DNA of 64,000 nucleotides from a virus (Duplodnaviria; Caudoviricetes), in IMG/VR virus record IMGVR_UViG_3300031998_000074, positions 2,403-66,402 of that record. One strand, written 5' to 3'. The notes beneath the pieces were generated by a model. That model did no database searches, was not told the DNA's origin, and was given only the letters and a program-made list of their open reading frames with translations. Below, piece after piece: positions 24,692 through 34,111 of this stretch. Position numbers and translations under genes: made by a program. Every line of letters begins with the position of its first letter. Position 1 is the stretch's first letter.

Positions 24692-26785
24692 GTGATTACT
24701 TTAGAAATTAATAATGTCCTCACAAAGATTGTAGGTGATTTACCGGACGAGGTATTGGCTCAGATACAGGATACATGCTCTTATAGTATTAAAGGTGCAG
24801 AGCATAGTGTCTATGGTGCTGAGACTTACTGTCCGTTTTGTAAGAAAATGACCTATCAATTATCTGCACAGGATTATATTAAATATGGGGACTTACTAAA
24901 TGACTGTTATACACGGCGCAAATGTCCTACGCATGGACTTGTTATTCCGGTAAGCTTGTGGGACGGACGTAAGATGCTTTTAGACAGACGTAATATGTCA
25001 ATTGCCACTGGTGTTGTAGGCAGAATTGTAAATATCTTTAGAGAACATAATGTAATCTTTAAGATCCAGGATTGCAGATATGCCCCGTTTACAAGACACA
25101 TGGCTTGGTATGGTCCGGAGCCTCGTTACTATCAAAAAGAGGCTGCAGAGCTATTAGTTAAAAACTCACGTGGTATTATTCATGCCGGTACCGGTACCGG
25201 TAAAACCTTAATGATGGGTTATATTGCTTCATTACTAGGTACAAACACTTTAGTCATTGCACATACTACCAGTGTGTTCAATCAATTACATGACGCACTT
25301 TCAGATTATTTAAGAACACCTATTGGTCGTATTGGTGATGGTCATGCGGATATACAGAAGATAACTATTGCAATGCCACCATCGCTAACAGAGTCTGTTA
25401 AGGTGTTAAAAAATAAAATGGTTAAAGGTGTCTGGCGTAAGGTGCCGGAGAACCAGCTGGTTATTAAAAGGGCATATTCCGACTTTTTAGTCAACATCGA
25501 ATCTTTACTCGTGGACGAATGCTTCCCAGGAAGAACCAGAGTTCTCACTGAAAAAGGATACATGTGCATTAGTAAAATTGTTAATGAAAAGACACCTGTA
25601 AAAGTATGGTCCTTTAACGGAAAAGACTTTGAATTAAAACCTATTGTCCGTTACATGAAACGCACCACAACAAATGATTTAGTGTGTATTACTTTAGAAG
25701 GGAATAAACAAATAAAGTGTACTCCAAATCATAAGATTTATGTATTGCAAGATAGGAAGATTACCAAAGTCCGGGCTGATAAATTAAACACGGACATGGA
25801 AATAATAGCCAGACCTAGAACAAGTACCTCAATCCCAGAGCAATCTAAATTATTGCCTAAATACAATACGAAGAAGATTGTTGCTATAACCACATCTCCG
25901 ATTAAGGCTCCGACGAATGTATATAATTTAGAAGTTGCAGATAACCATAATTATATTGTGGATCATAATGTGTTGGTATCTAACTGTCATCACATCTCAA
26001 GTGATACCGTGCAGTTAATATCAAACAACTGTGTTAATGCCTTTTACCGGGTCGCGGTTAGTGCAACACCATACCGGGATGATGGCACAGATATTTTAAT
26101 TGAAGCAGCATCCGGGAAAGTACAATACAGATACACATGTACCCGGGCAATAAATGACGGTTATCTTGCTAAACCAATAATTTATATTGTAAACTATAAA
26201 CAGAAGCGGCTTCCAAAAATGATTACCAAAACCAAAATCGATAAGATCACCGGAGCCGCAAAAGAAGAAACTAAGAAGTTAACCTACAAAGATGCGTACG
26301 ATGCGGTCATTACCAACAACCGTGAACGCAACATGCTTATCGAGGATCTTATACGCAAACAGTACGCACAAGGTAAAACAGTTCTTTGTTTAGTCCGATA
26401 TATTGAACACGGACATAATTTGTTAAATTTACTCAAGGACTTAGGGAAGGATGTCAGATACGTCAATGGTGAACTTGATTCTAAACTATTAATGCAAACA
26501 CTTGATGATCTCGATAAGAAAAAGGTCCGGGTAGTAATTGGCACCTCTGTCTTTAATGAAGGTGTTGACGTTAAACACTTGGATTGTGTTATTAATGCAA
26601 CAGCAGGTGACAGTTCGGTTAATGCTATGCAAATTGTTGGCCGGGCTTTACGTAAAGTTCCAGGTAAGGAACAAGTGGAGATTTTTGATATTGCTGATTA
26701 TGGGGTCAGATGGTTTACAAATCACTCAGCAAATAGAAAGAAAATGTACCATACCGAACCGGGCTTTACAATCAAGGAGATGTAG
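24692..26785 (+). CDS. SF2 (UvsW/XPB-like) helicase containing a mini-intein
   Basis: GTGTGKT, DE/CHH interrupted by the intein, SATPYR, EGVD, QIVGRALR. Confidence 0.9.
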   Translation: MITLEINNVLTKIVGDLPDEVLAQIQDTCSYSIKGAEHSVYGAETYCPFCKKMTYQLSAQDYIKYGDLLNDCYTRRKCPTHGLVIPVSLWDGRKMLLDRRNMSIATGVVGRIVNIFREHNVIFKIQDCRYAPFTRHMAWYGPEPRYYQKEAAELLVKNSRGIIHAGTGTGKTLMMGYIASLLGTNTLVIAHTTSVFNQLHDALSDYLRTPIGRIGDGHADIQKITIAMPPSLTESVKVLKNKMVKGVWRKVPENQLVIKRAYSDFLVNIESLLVDECFPGRTRVLTEKGYMCISKIVNEKTPVKVWSFNGKDFELKPIVRYMKRTTTNDLVCITLEGNKQIKCTPNHKIYVLQDRKITKVRADKLNTDMEIIARPRTSTSIPEQSKLLPKYNTKKIVAITTSPIKAPTNVYNLEVADNHNYIVDHNVLVSNCHHISSDTVQLISNNCVNAFYRVAVSATPYRDDGTDILIEAASGKVQYRYTCTRAINDGYLAKPIIYIVNYKQKRLPKMITKTKIDKITGAAKEETKKLTYKDAYDAVITNNRERNMLIEDLIRKQYAQGKTVLCLVRYIEHGHNLLNLLKDLGKDVRYVNGELDSKLLMQTLDDLDKKKVRVVIGTSVFNEGVDVKHLDCVINATAGDSSVNAMQIVGRALRKVPGKEQVEIFDIADYGVRWFTNHSANRKKMYHTEPGFTIKEM
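25520..25984 (+). mobile_element. mini-intein, 155 aa, no homing endonuclease
   Basis: starts CFPGRTRV, block B TPNH, block F VYNLEV...HNY, ends LVSN before a Cys extein. Confidence 0.9.
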
Positions 26786-26807
26786 TAGCATATAAAAAGG
26801 AGGAAAC

Positions 26808-27512
26808 ATGTTGACACCAGCTGATAGAGAGTATTTAGCCAAGAAGAAGATAGAACTGGTAGACAATTGTCCTAAGTGTCATGGACGGTCATCGAACTGT
26901 GATTGTGCTAAACGTTTTTCCTTGGAATACGCTAAAATAAGAGCGAACATTCCGGAAGCGTACCGCGAATTCACATTAGACCAGTTAATACATCCTGAGT
27001 TACAGGAACAGAAAGTAGAGCTTGAGAAGTATACTAAGAAATTTATAGAAGGGACAGCCTCTGATCTTTTAATTGCCGGATCATCAGGGACCGCTAAGTC
27101 ATCTGTGGCCGCGTATCTTTTAACAGAAGCATTAAAAATGCGCAAGTCCGGGTACTTCTTTTATAGTATCCGCACCGTGAAGGATATAATATCCAGCACG
27201 TGGGATAAGAATGCACCTGTAGATCCATTATTGCAAACATTAAAAACTAGCGATTGTATCGTTATTGATAATTTTAATTCCGGGCTCGGAATCCCGGACT
27301 TCATGAAAGCGTATATTGTGGAGACTTTAGATACAAGAAGGCTTTACGGTAAAAGGACAATTTTAGTGGCCAATGGTACCACAAATGCTATTGATAGCGA
27401 TAGCAAGGAAATTATAAGCCACTTGAAATTGACCAAAATACAGCTTACAGGCTTTAATTATAAGGATAAAGTGGTCAAGGCTACCAAGGGGAAAAAGAAT
27501 GCAAGAAAGTGA
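26808..27512 (+). CDS. DnaC/IstB-like helicase loader
   Basis: CPKC zinc motif, ANIPEAY, GSSGTAKS, IVIDN; directly upstream of DnaB. Confidence 0.72.
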   Translation: MLTPADREYLAKKKIELVDNCPKCHGRSSNCDCAKRFSLEYAKIRANIPEAYREFTLDQLIHPELQEQKVELEKYTKKFIEGTASDLLIAGSSGTAKSSVAAYLLTEALKMRKSGYFFYSIRTVKDIISSTWDKNAPVDPLLQTLKTSDCIVIDNFNSGLGIPDFMKAYIVETLDTRRLYGKRTILVANGTTNAIDSDSKEIISHLKLTKIQLTGFNYKDKVVKATKGKKNARK

Positions 27513-28800
27513 GAATACGGGCCTGGAACGCCGCTTTACGATTTGTGTCATACATAAAGAAGAAGCTTTACTCTATGCACGCAACATGGGCTTTAAGCCT
27601 AAAATGCTTACAGAGCAGCAGTATCAAGATTTGATAGATGGTGTTTTTAAGTATTATGATACCTACCATAAGCTACCAGATGTAAGTGCATTTTCATTGT
27701 TTTTACAAACATTAAATAAGAGCAACCTAGAACAAAGGTCCAGGTCCGGACTTTTATTCCAGGAACTTTTAATCGAAGAACCGGACACAGATGAATATCG
27801 TGTAGTTGTAGATGCTATTATGCGGACCTATAAAGCAAATGAATTGAAGCGTCTTGTTCTAAGCTACCAGAATAACTATAACGCCTTACATATTGAAGAT
27901 ACGTTGAATGCTTTGGCAGAGAAGACCGCAGAGTTACGTGACTTAGGCACGGCAGAAGAACTTATATCAGAGTACACAGCCCGGGCACAGGAACGTATCA
28001 AGCACTATGAAGACGTTAAGAACAAAAAATATGAAACTGGTTTATTGTACAATTTTCCCACATTAAATAGAGTTACCGGAGGACAGGACCGTAGAACCTT
28101 ATGGGTTATTCGTGGTGGTCCGAAAGCCGGTAAGTCGACAGCTATGTTAAATATGGCAAATCATGTGTGTGAAAACGGTAAAAATATTGTATACTTTACT
28201 GCAGAGGTATCTCGCGAAGTTTTGGAACGCAGATTGGACTCTTTAAGAACTGATATACCTGCCATGGTTATTAAGATGGGTCAAATGACCGAAGAGGAAG
28301 AACGCAGATACCGCGATACACTTTTAACGCATAACCCGAATAGAGGTAAATTCGTCATAGTTGACGGTGGTTATATGACAACGGATACTATTCTTAACGA
28401 CGTTAAAAAATTAAAGAGCGAGATGACGATTGACTTGGTTGTTGTAGACTATCTCGGTCTTATTAAAACCCCGTATAAAGCAGAGTCTAGATGGGTTGAA
28501 GTTGGTGAAGTCGCAAAGGCTTTACGTGCTCTGGCTAAGTCCGAAAATGTTCCTGTTCTGACTGCTAACCAGTCCAACCGCAAAGGTGAAACTGCAAACG
28601 CACAAGAAGTTGATAGAACCTGCGACCTATTAATAGACCTGACGAGAGACAACCCGGATGAAGATGCAATTGCCGGAGCATCAGTTGAAGTAACAGCAAC
28701 TATAGTTTTCTCTCGTGACAGCGGCTTGGCTACATGGCCTTTAGATTGCCGCTTTGACTTTGGTAGGATGGAGGAGCCGATTACGGCTTTCACACGGTAA
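27499..28800 (+). CDS. dnaB: replicative DNA helicase DnaB-like
   Basis: GGPKAGKS, FTAE, VVVDYLGLI, TANQSNR. Confidence 0.9.
   Translation: MQESENTGLERRFTICVIHKEEALLYARNMGFKPKMLTEQQYQDLIDGVFKYYDTYHKLPDVSAFSLFLQTLNKSNLEQRSRSGLLFQELLIEEPDTDEYRVVVDAIMRTYKANELKRLVLSYQNNYNALHIEDTLNALAEKTAELRDLGTAEELISEYTARAQERIKHYEDVKNKKYETGLLYNFPTLNRVTGGQDRRTLWVIRGGPKAGKSTAMLNMANHVCENGKNIVYFTAEVSREVLERRLDSLRTDIPAMVIKMGQMTEEEERRYRDTLLTHNPNRGKFVIVDGGYMTTDTILNDVKKLKSEMTIDLVVVDYLGLIKTPYKAESRWVEVGEVAKALRALAKSENVPVLTANQSNRKGETANAQEVDRTCDLLIDLTRDNPDEDAIAGASVEVTATIVFSRDSGLATWPLDCRFDFGRMEEPITAFTR
28180..28197 (+). promoter_or_regulatory. promoter-like motif copy inside the dnaB coding sequence
   Basis: AAAAATATTGTATACT exact match, encoding KNIVY. 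Confidence 0.4.
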
Positions 28801-29276
28801 TGGAATATACCACCGACATTGTTGAATTAATGAAGGGATACGGAATGGAGTTATCTCCCTTAGGGTCTGATAAGTTTGTTACGTATTGTAAATGGCATAA
28901 TGATACCGGAACTCCTAACCTGGTCGTGTACCCGGAAACAAACAGCGCATACTGTTTTGCCTGTTGTAAATATGTTACCCCTGTTGACGTAATCATGCAT
29001 TTTGAAAACATTGATTACACTGAAGCAACTAAGAGACTTTACGGGTCCGGGTATGAATGGCACAAATTACAGAAGAAGTCGACTACAAACAGTGATGTCG
29101 ATGTACACTACATGTATAAAATACTTAGTAGAAACTTCCGTAAGAAAATCATAGACGTTATTTCCAATGACAGTGCCGTTCAACAGATGCGTGAAATACT
29201 TTATAAACATACACATAACATACTACCCGCGGATAAGTTATTTCAAGCCTTAAAGGAAATAAAGAACATTAACTAA
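28800..29276 (+). CDS. stand-alone primase CHC2 zinc-binding domain protein
   Basis: CKWHNDTGTPNL...YCFAC. Confidence 0.82.
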   Translation: MEYTTDIVELMKGYGMELSPLGSDKFVTYCKWHNDTGTPNLVVYPETNSAYCFACCKYVTPVDVIMHFENIDYTEATKRLYGSGYEWHKLQKKSTTNSDVDVHYMYKILSRNFRKKIIDVISNDSAVQQMREILYKHTHNILPADKLFQALKEIKNIN

Positions 29277-29285
29277 GGAGGCCAC

Positions 29286-29795
29286 ATGGCTAATCAAAAA
29301 ACGGTGATTACTATCCCCGTGTATATTAATGAAGGTAAGCGTGAAGACTGGACGTTTGACACGGAAGAATTCAAGCTTACTGAACAGAACATTAATGAAC
29401 AAGCTATGAAAATTTCAAACGCTTATTCATTATGGTCAACTGTAGCTGCCTGGTATAGAAGTGCTATCCAAAAACTAGAAATAGAAGAAGCACCAAAAGA
29501 AGCTAGGTTCAAAAGTATCGCAGTAGACGCAGGACGTAAGAAAGGTATCAAATATGATTCCGAACGTGCTAAACAAGATGCAATCTATTTGTATCAGGAG
29601 GTGCCAACCGGACCTTACGTGTTTGCAGAAGAAGTATTAAAATATCAGAACTTAAAATCTGAATATTTATATTACTTGGACTTAGTTGAAAATGCTATAT
29701 TGAAAGCATTATCAATTGAAAAAGATATGATTGTTTCATTAGGTGCTCAGGTCCGGGCCGGATACTCAGCAACTACCAATGTAGTTACAAAATAA
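29286..29795 (+). CDS. hypothetical protein, possibly a UvsY-like recombination mediator
   Basis: helical, about 170 aa, located between the primase ZBD, SSB-like and RecA genes. Confidence 0.4.
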   Translation: MANQKTVITIPVYINEGKREDWTFDTEEFKLTEQNINEQAMKISNAYSLWSTVAAWYRSAIQKLEIEEAPKEARFKSIAVDAGRKKGIKYDSERAKQDAIYLYQEVPTGPYVFAEEVLKYQNLKSEYLYYLDLVENAILKALSIEKDMIVSLGAQVRAGYSATTNVVTK

Positions 29796-29809
29796 GAGAG
29801 GAAAAATAT

Positions 29810-30517
29810 ATGTCGTTATTTATTCAAAAACGTAAAGATGTAGTATTACCAGCAGGTATTTATCAAGGTCGTGTAAGTCGTATTAGATCAACAAGAGACG
29901 GTGAATCCATTATGATTATTGTATCCGTCGACACCCCGGGATATCAAGGGGTTGAAGTTACCGGATTCTGTAAAGCTAACTGGAACCCACCGACAGGTAG
30001 AACAACCGCCAACTTAAGACAATGGGTTATGAACCTAGGCGTTGAAGTTATTGATGGTCAAGAATCTTCAATTGACTTGGAATGCTTAAAAGGTCGCCCA
30101 TGCAGCATAGTTGTTAATCAATACCAAAGCATGGCCGGGGAAACACGCTGCAAAATTATGAACATGTTCCCTTTAAATTCTCCCGTCCCGAACCCGGTAC
30201 CTGCACCAGCTCCTGTTAAACAGGGTGTTTTTGTAGGTAAACCTGCAGTTAAACCAGCACCGGTACAAGCAGCCCCTGAGGTTCCTCCAATACCAGCAGT
30301 ACAACCTATTTCTATTAATACTGCTGCTCAAGCTCCGGTCAGCACAGTAGCTGTTCCGAGCCCTATCGGTGTTGGTACTGCAACTCCGCCACAAATGCCT
30401 AATGCAGTTACATATACACAACCTGCTCCGCAACAACCTGCTTCGCAACAACCTGTAGCTGCTCCAGTACAAGAACAACAAGTATCCGGGCCGAGTGAAG
30501 ACGGATTCAAATGGTAA
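29810..30517 (+). CDS. putative single-stranded DNA-binding protein with a Pro/Ala/Gln linker and acidic-aromatic tip
   Basis: LPAGIYQGRV OB-like start, low-complexity linker, ends SEDGFKW; upstream of RecA. Confidence 0.5.
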   Translation: MSLFIQKRKDVVLPAGIYQGRVSRIRSTRDGESIMIIVSVDTPGYQGVEVTGFCKANWNPPTGRTTANLRQWVMNLGVEVIDGQESSIDLECLKGRPCSIVVNQYQSMAGETRCKIMNMFPLNSPVPNPVPAPAPVKQGVFVGKPAVKPAPVQAAPEVPPIPAVQPISINTAAQAPVSTVAVPSPIGVGTATPPQMPNAVTYTQPAPQQPASQQPVAAPVQEQQVSGPSEDGFKW

Positions 30518-30523
30518 TAACAT

Positions 30524-31627
30524 ATGGCTAAAGAACTATCTTTCATAGAGAAGTTAAAAAAGGATCTGGTGGGTGTAGCTAAAGTAACTACACTCTCAGA
30601 TCCGGCCAATGAGGTCCAATATGAGCCATCTGGTATTTTAATGTTGGACTGGATTGCCGGCCGCGGTTTACCTAGAGGTAGATGGGTAGAAATATTCGGT
30701 ATGGAGTCTGGTGGTAAGTCATTACTCGCAGCTCTTATCGCAGCATCATATCAAAAAAGAGGAGAAGTTGTCGTCTGGGTTGATATGGAACGCTCCATTG
30801 ATCCTGTGTGGTACAAACGTTTAGGCTTAGATACAGATAAACTTATTATAATCCAACCGGACTCTGGTGAAGGTGCATTTAAGGCGTTACAAAGTGTTAT
30901 TGAAAGTGGTCAAGTAGGTTTGGCTGTGGTTGACTCAATTGCATCTATGGCTACAGACGATGAATTGGAAGAAGAGGCCGGACATAAGAACATGGCTATA
31001 TTGGCCAGGTTGTTATCCAACGAATTACGCAAGCTTAACGGTAAACTTGCAGATTCAAAATGCACTGTAATCCTGATTAACCAATTAAGATCTACAATGG
31101 CAGTTACAAGATACTCCGCAGCTGAAACAACGACAGGTGGTAAGGCCCTTCCATTCTATGCATCATTACGTTTCAGAGTAACAAAATCTACGGAGCCCGG
31201 ATCTTATATTCAAGATGCGAATGGTAAATATTTAGCACACACAATTAAAATCAAGAATATTAAGAACAAAACATCATCACCTAACTTAACTGGTCAATTC
31301 ATGCTCATTTATGATGGTGGTCCGGATAATAGGGCGGCGCTAGTGGCTTTGGCAGTCGAGAGAGGTTATATTACAACCGCTCCCGGTGGCTGGTATTATA
31401 TCAACTTCAATGGACAGAAAATCGCTAAGAAAGGTGAGAAGGCTTTAATTGAAGCATTGGCTGAAAATGTCGACTTACAGAACTTCTTATTTGATGCATT
31501 AGATGTTCATAAGATCTACAGAAACATGTTTGAAGTAGATAAACGTGAAGTTGTGTCTGCATCCGGTTTGGCTGAAATTGCCAAGCTTCCTGATGAAGAC
31601 GAAGAACCTAAAAAGAGGAAGAAATGA
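30524..31627 (+). CDS. recA: RecA/UvsX recombinase
   Basis: GMESGGKS, VVDSIA, INQLR, TTGGKALPFYASLR. Confidence 0.95.
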   Translation: MAKELSFIEKLKKDLVGVAKVTTLSDPANEVQYEPSGILMLDWIAGRGLPRGRWVEIFGMESGGKSLLAALIAASYQKRGEVVVWVDMERSIDPVWYKRLGLDTDKLIIIQPDSGEGAFKALQSVIESGQVGLAVVDSIASMATDDELEEEAGHKNMAILARLLSNELRKLNGKLADSKCTVILINQLRSTMAVTRYSAAETTTGGKALPFYASLRFRVTKSTEPGSYIQDANGKYLAHTIKIKNIKNKTSSPNLTGQFMLIYDGGPDNRAALVALAVERGYITTAPGGWYYINFNGQKIAKKGEKALIEALAENVDLQNFLFDALDVHKIYRNMFEVDKREVVSASGLAEIAKLPDEDEEPKKRKK

Positions 31628-32472
31628 TTTTATACGCAACTGATATACACTTGACTGACAAACAGCCTACAAATAGGCTTACGGACATTGTTGCTGCCGG
31701 GCTGAATAAGTTTGAGTATATATTGGCTGCAGCTCATAAACAGCATTCCTCAATTATCTTGGGTGGGGATCTATTTAATGGTGCCTGCCCAAGTTATAAT
31801 TTATTAACGTCTGTGATAGCTCTGATTAAGAAATATCCGGACGTCAATATTTACACTATATACGGGAATCACGACATAATACAAACGAATGTTTTTGGTG
31901 ACAATGCGGCAATTCATGCATTGACCAAATCCGGGCTTATTAAGCATCTTGATAAAACACAGCCTACAGAAATAGACGGTTTCAATGTCTTTGGTTTGGA
32001 TTATACAAAGGAGATGGTAAATGAATTTATGATTCCGGACATCTATGATAATACAATCTTAGTTACCCATTTACCCTTATTTCCAAATAAGCAGGTCTTT
32101 GACACAATCAGCTTAGCAGATTTCAAGACCAATGCTAAATACGTATTATGTTCACATATTCATAATCAGTTTAACGTTGACGTAAATAATGTTAAATTTA
32201 TTAATCCGGGCCCGGTATGTAGATTAAAACGCACAGAGAAAGACGATGTTCCGTCTTATTATTTATTTCATGACAATCAATGGTCTTTAGAAACCATACC
32301 TCATGAAAAAGCAGAGTTCCGTACAAAAGATGAATGCCCGGAAGATGTAGAAGATTTAGAAAATTATGCAAAGATCGAAGCACAAGATGTGATGGGTGTA
32401 TTAAAATCACACTGTGAGTCTGACAAAATATATGAAGCATGTGTCGGTTTAATAGAAAAACACACAACTTAG
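31624..32472 (+). CDS. sbcD: SbcD/Mre11-like nuclease
   Basis: TDIHL, GGDLF, GNHD, SHIH, NPG. Confidence 0.85.
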   Translation: MILYATDIHLTDKQPTNRLTDIVAAGLNKFEYILAAAHKQHSSIILGGDLFNGACPSYNLLTSVIALIKKYPDVNIYTIYGNHDIIQTNVFGDNAAIHALTKSGLIKHLDKTQPTEIDGFNVFGLDYTKEMVNEFMIPDIYDNTILVTHLPLFPNKQVFDTISLADFKTNAKYVLCSHIHNQFNVDVNNVKFINPGPVCRLKRTEKDDVPSYYLFHDNQWSLETIPHEKAEFRTKDECPEDVEDLENYAKIEAQDVMGVLKSHCESDKIYEACVGLIEKHTT

Positions 32473-32480
32473 GAGGGTCA

Positions 32481-32729
32481 ATGGCGTATACGACAGAACA
32501 ATTAAATAACTTAATGAAAAAGCTTGAAAACATCAAAAGCCAGCAAGATCGCTTGTCAGGGGAAGAAGCACAACTCCTTAAAGCTAAAGAAGAACTTAAA
32601 AAAGAATTTGCAGAGGCCGGTATTACTGTAGAAGGTTTGCCTGTACTTGAAAAACAATTACAGGAAGAAATAAAAAAGATCGAGGCCGATGTTACAAAGA
32701 TTTTAACTGAAACAGAGGGGAAACTATGA
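32481..32729 (+). CDS. small coiled-coil protein
   Basis: heptad-rich; start moved to the ATG after AGGAGG. Confidence 0.65.
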   Translation: MAYTTEQLNNLMKKLENIKSQQDRLSGEEAQLLKAKEELKKEFAEAGITVEGLPVLEKQLQEEIKKIEADVTKILTETEGKL

Positions 32730-33382
32730 CACTTGCTGATAAGGTCCTGGCATTACAAAAACGTGAAGCTTATTTACAAGCTCAATACGATGCTGTTACT
32801 TCTGAGATTGATAAATTGAAGAAGGACCAGGCCCGGGCTTTATCTGAGCTAGAGCTCTATAATGCATGTGCAAAGGCCCTATCAACAACGTCTATGCAAA
32901 TACAGGAAGGTATCACACACAAGATTGAGAAGATCGTTACCAGTATGTATAGATATGTGTTTGGTGGAACAGATGAATTTATTGTTAAGGTGGATAGGAA
33001 GCGCAAAGTGCCGGTAGCGACATTTTGGATTAAAACGTTAAAGAATGGTAAAGAGGTTCTTATTGATCCGATTACGGCGGAAGGAGGTGGTAAAGTCGAC
33101 GTTATAGCCCTCGGATTAAGGATAGCAGGCCTCTTGCTGTACGCACCCAATAAACGCAGAGTATTATTTTTAGATGAGCCTTTACGTTTCTTATCTTCCT
33201 CCTTAACTTCAGCACATCCTTATAGATTGCGTGCGGTAGATTTTCTTAAACAAGTTTCAAAGGCTTACGGCATTCAAGTTATTGCCGTAACACATGACTC
33301 AGAGTTGAAAGAATTAGCAGACTCAGTCACGAATGTCGCATTAGATTCGAAAGGATTTTCAGTTTTAACAAAGGAAAGTTAA
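32726..33382 (+). CDS. SbcC/Rad50 C-terminal half
   Basis: signature EGGG, Walker B LFLDEP, H-switch VTHD; no Walker A. Confidence 0.85.
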   Translation: MTLADKVLALQKREAYLQAQYDAVTSEIDKLKKDQARALSELELYNACAKALSTTSMQIQEGITHKIEKIVTSMYRYVFGGTDEFIVKVDRKRKVPVATFWIKTLKNGKEVLIDPITAEGGGKVDVIALGLRIAGLLLYAPNKRRVLFLDEPLRFLSSSLTSAHPYRLRAVDFLKQVSKAYGIQVIAVTHDSELKELADSVTNVALDSKGFSVLTKES

Positions 33383-33383
33383 G

Positions 33384-34103
33384 ATGGAATTAACATCATA
33401 TGAACGCGATGCTCAACAAGGACGCCTATTATTTATTGGCGTTGGGCATTATGGGGAAACAAAAATAGCAGGTCCGGTTACCAGCTGTGCTATTATGGTT
33501 GATTATGATAAGGTAACACCGGCACTGATTGACGCCGTGTTTGCACAACACTTGACCAAAGAAGTTGCACACGATATTGCTAAAAGTTTGAAGATTTTTG
33601 GTTCATATTTAGTGCCTGCGAAGACAATCAATGTTATAAAAGATTTGAATATAACAACACACTTAGCCGAACATGCCTCCACTATGGAAGCTGTCTTTAA
33701 CGGTTTTAAGGTGTTACGTGCAGATCCTCAACTTATTGTATCACATGATACAATCAGAGAGGTAGTCAAAAATGAAGATGTTGCAATACATACAGGGAAG
33801 GCAAAATCCGAGTATGTAATGCATAAGGATTGGAATCAGTTTAGTCAGTTGATCCCAAACATCAAATTTAAGGTGGAAAAACAAGAAACATTCACCTTGT
33901 TGTATGCCCGGGCTCTTGCTAAGAGATTTTGGGACGCGAACATGGAAGGTATCCGTGCCAAATATCCGGGCTACAACTTATGCTTAGATAAATTAGATGA
34001 GCATGAGACGTCTGTTCTTTCTACGTTGGGGATGACTATTCAACACAGACATTTCCTTCCGGAGATGAAACAGTTTACATTTGCACATAATATGTTGATA
34101 TAG
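33384..34103 (+). CDS. RNase HII-fold protein, apparently inactive
   Basis: IGVGHYGETKIAGPV, ALAKRFWD, YPGY, HR follow the RNase HII layout, but the catalytic D-E is absent. Confidence 0.65.
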   Translation: MELTSYERDAQQGRLLFIGVGHYGETKIAGPVTSCAIMVDYDKVTPALIDAVFAQHLTKEVAHDIAKSLKIFGSYLVPAKTINVIKDLNITTHLAEHASTMEAVFNGFKVLRADPQLIVSHDTIREVVKNEDVAIHTGKAKSEYVMHKDWNQFSQLIPNIKFKVEKQETFTLLYARALAKRFWDANMEGIRAKYPGYNLCLDKLDEHETSVLSTLGMTIQHRHFLPEMKQFTFAHNMLI

Positions 34104-34111
34104 GATTTTAA

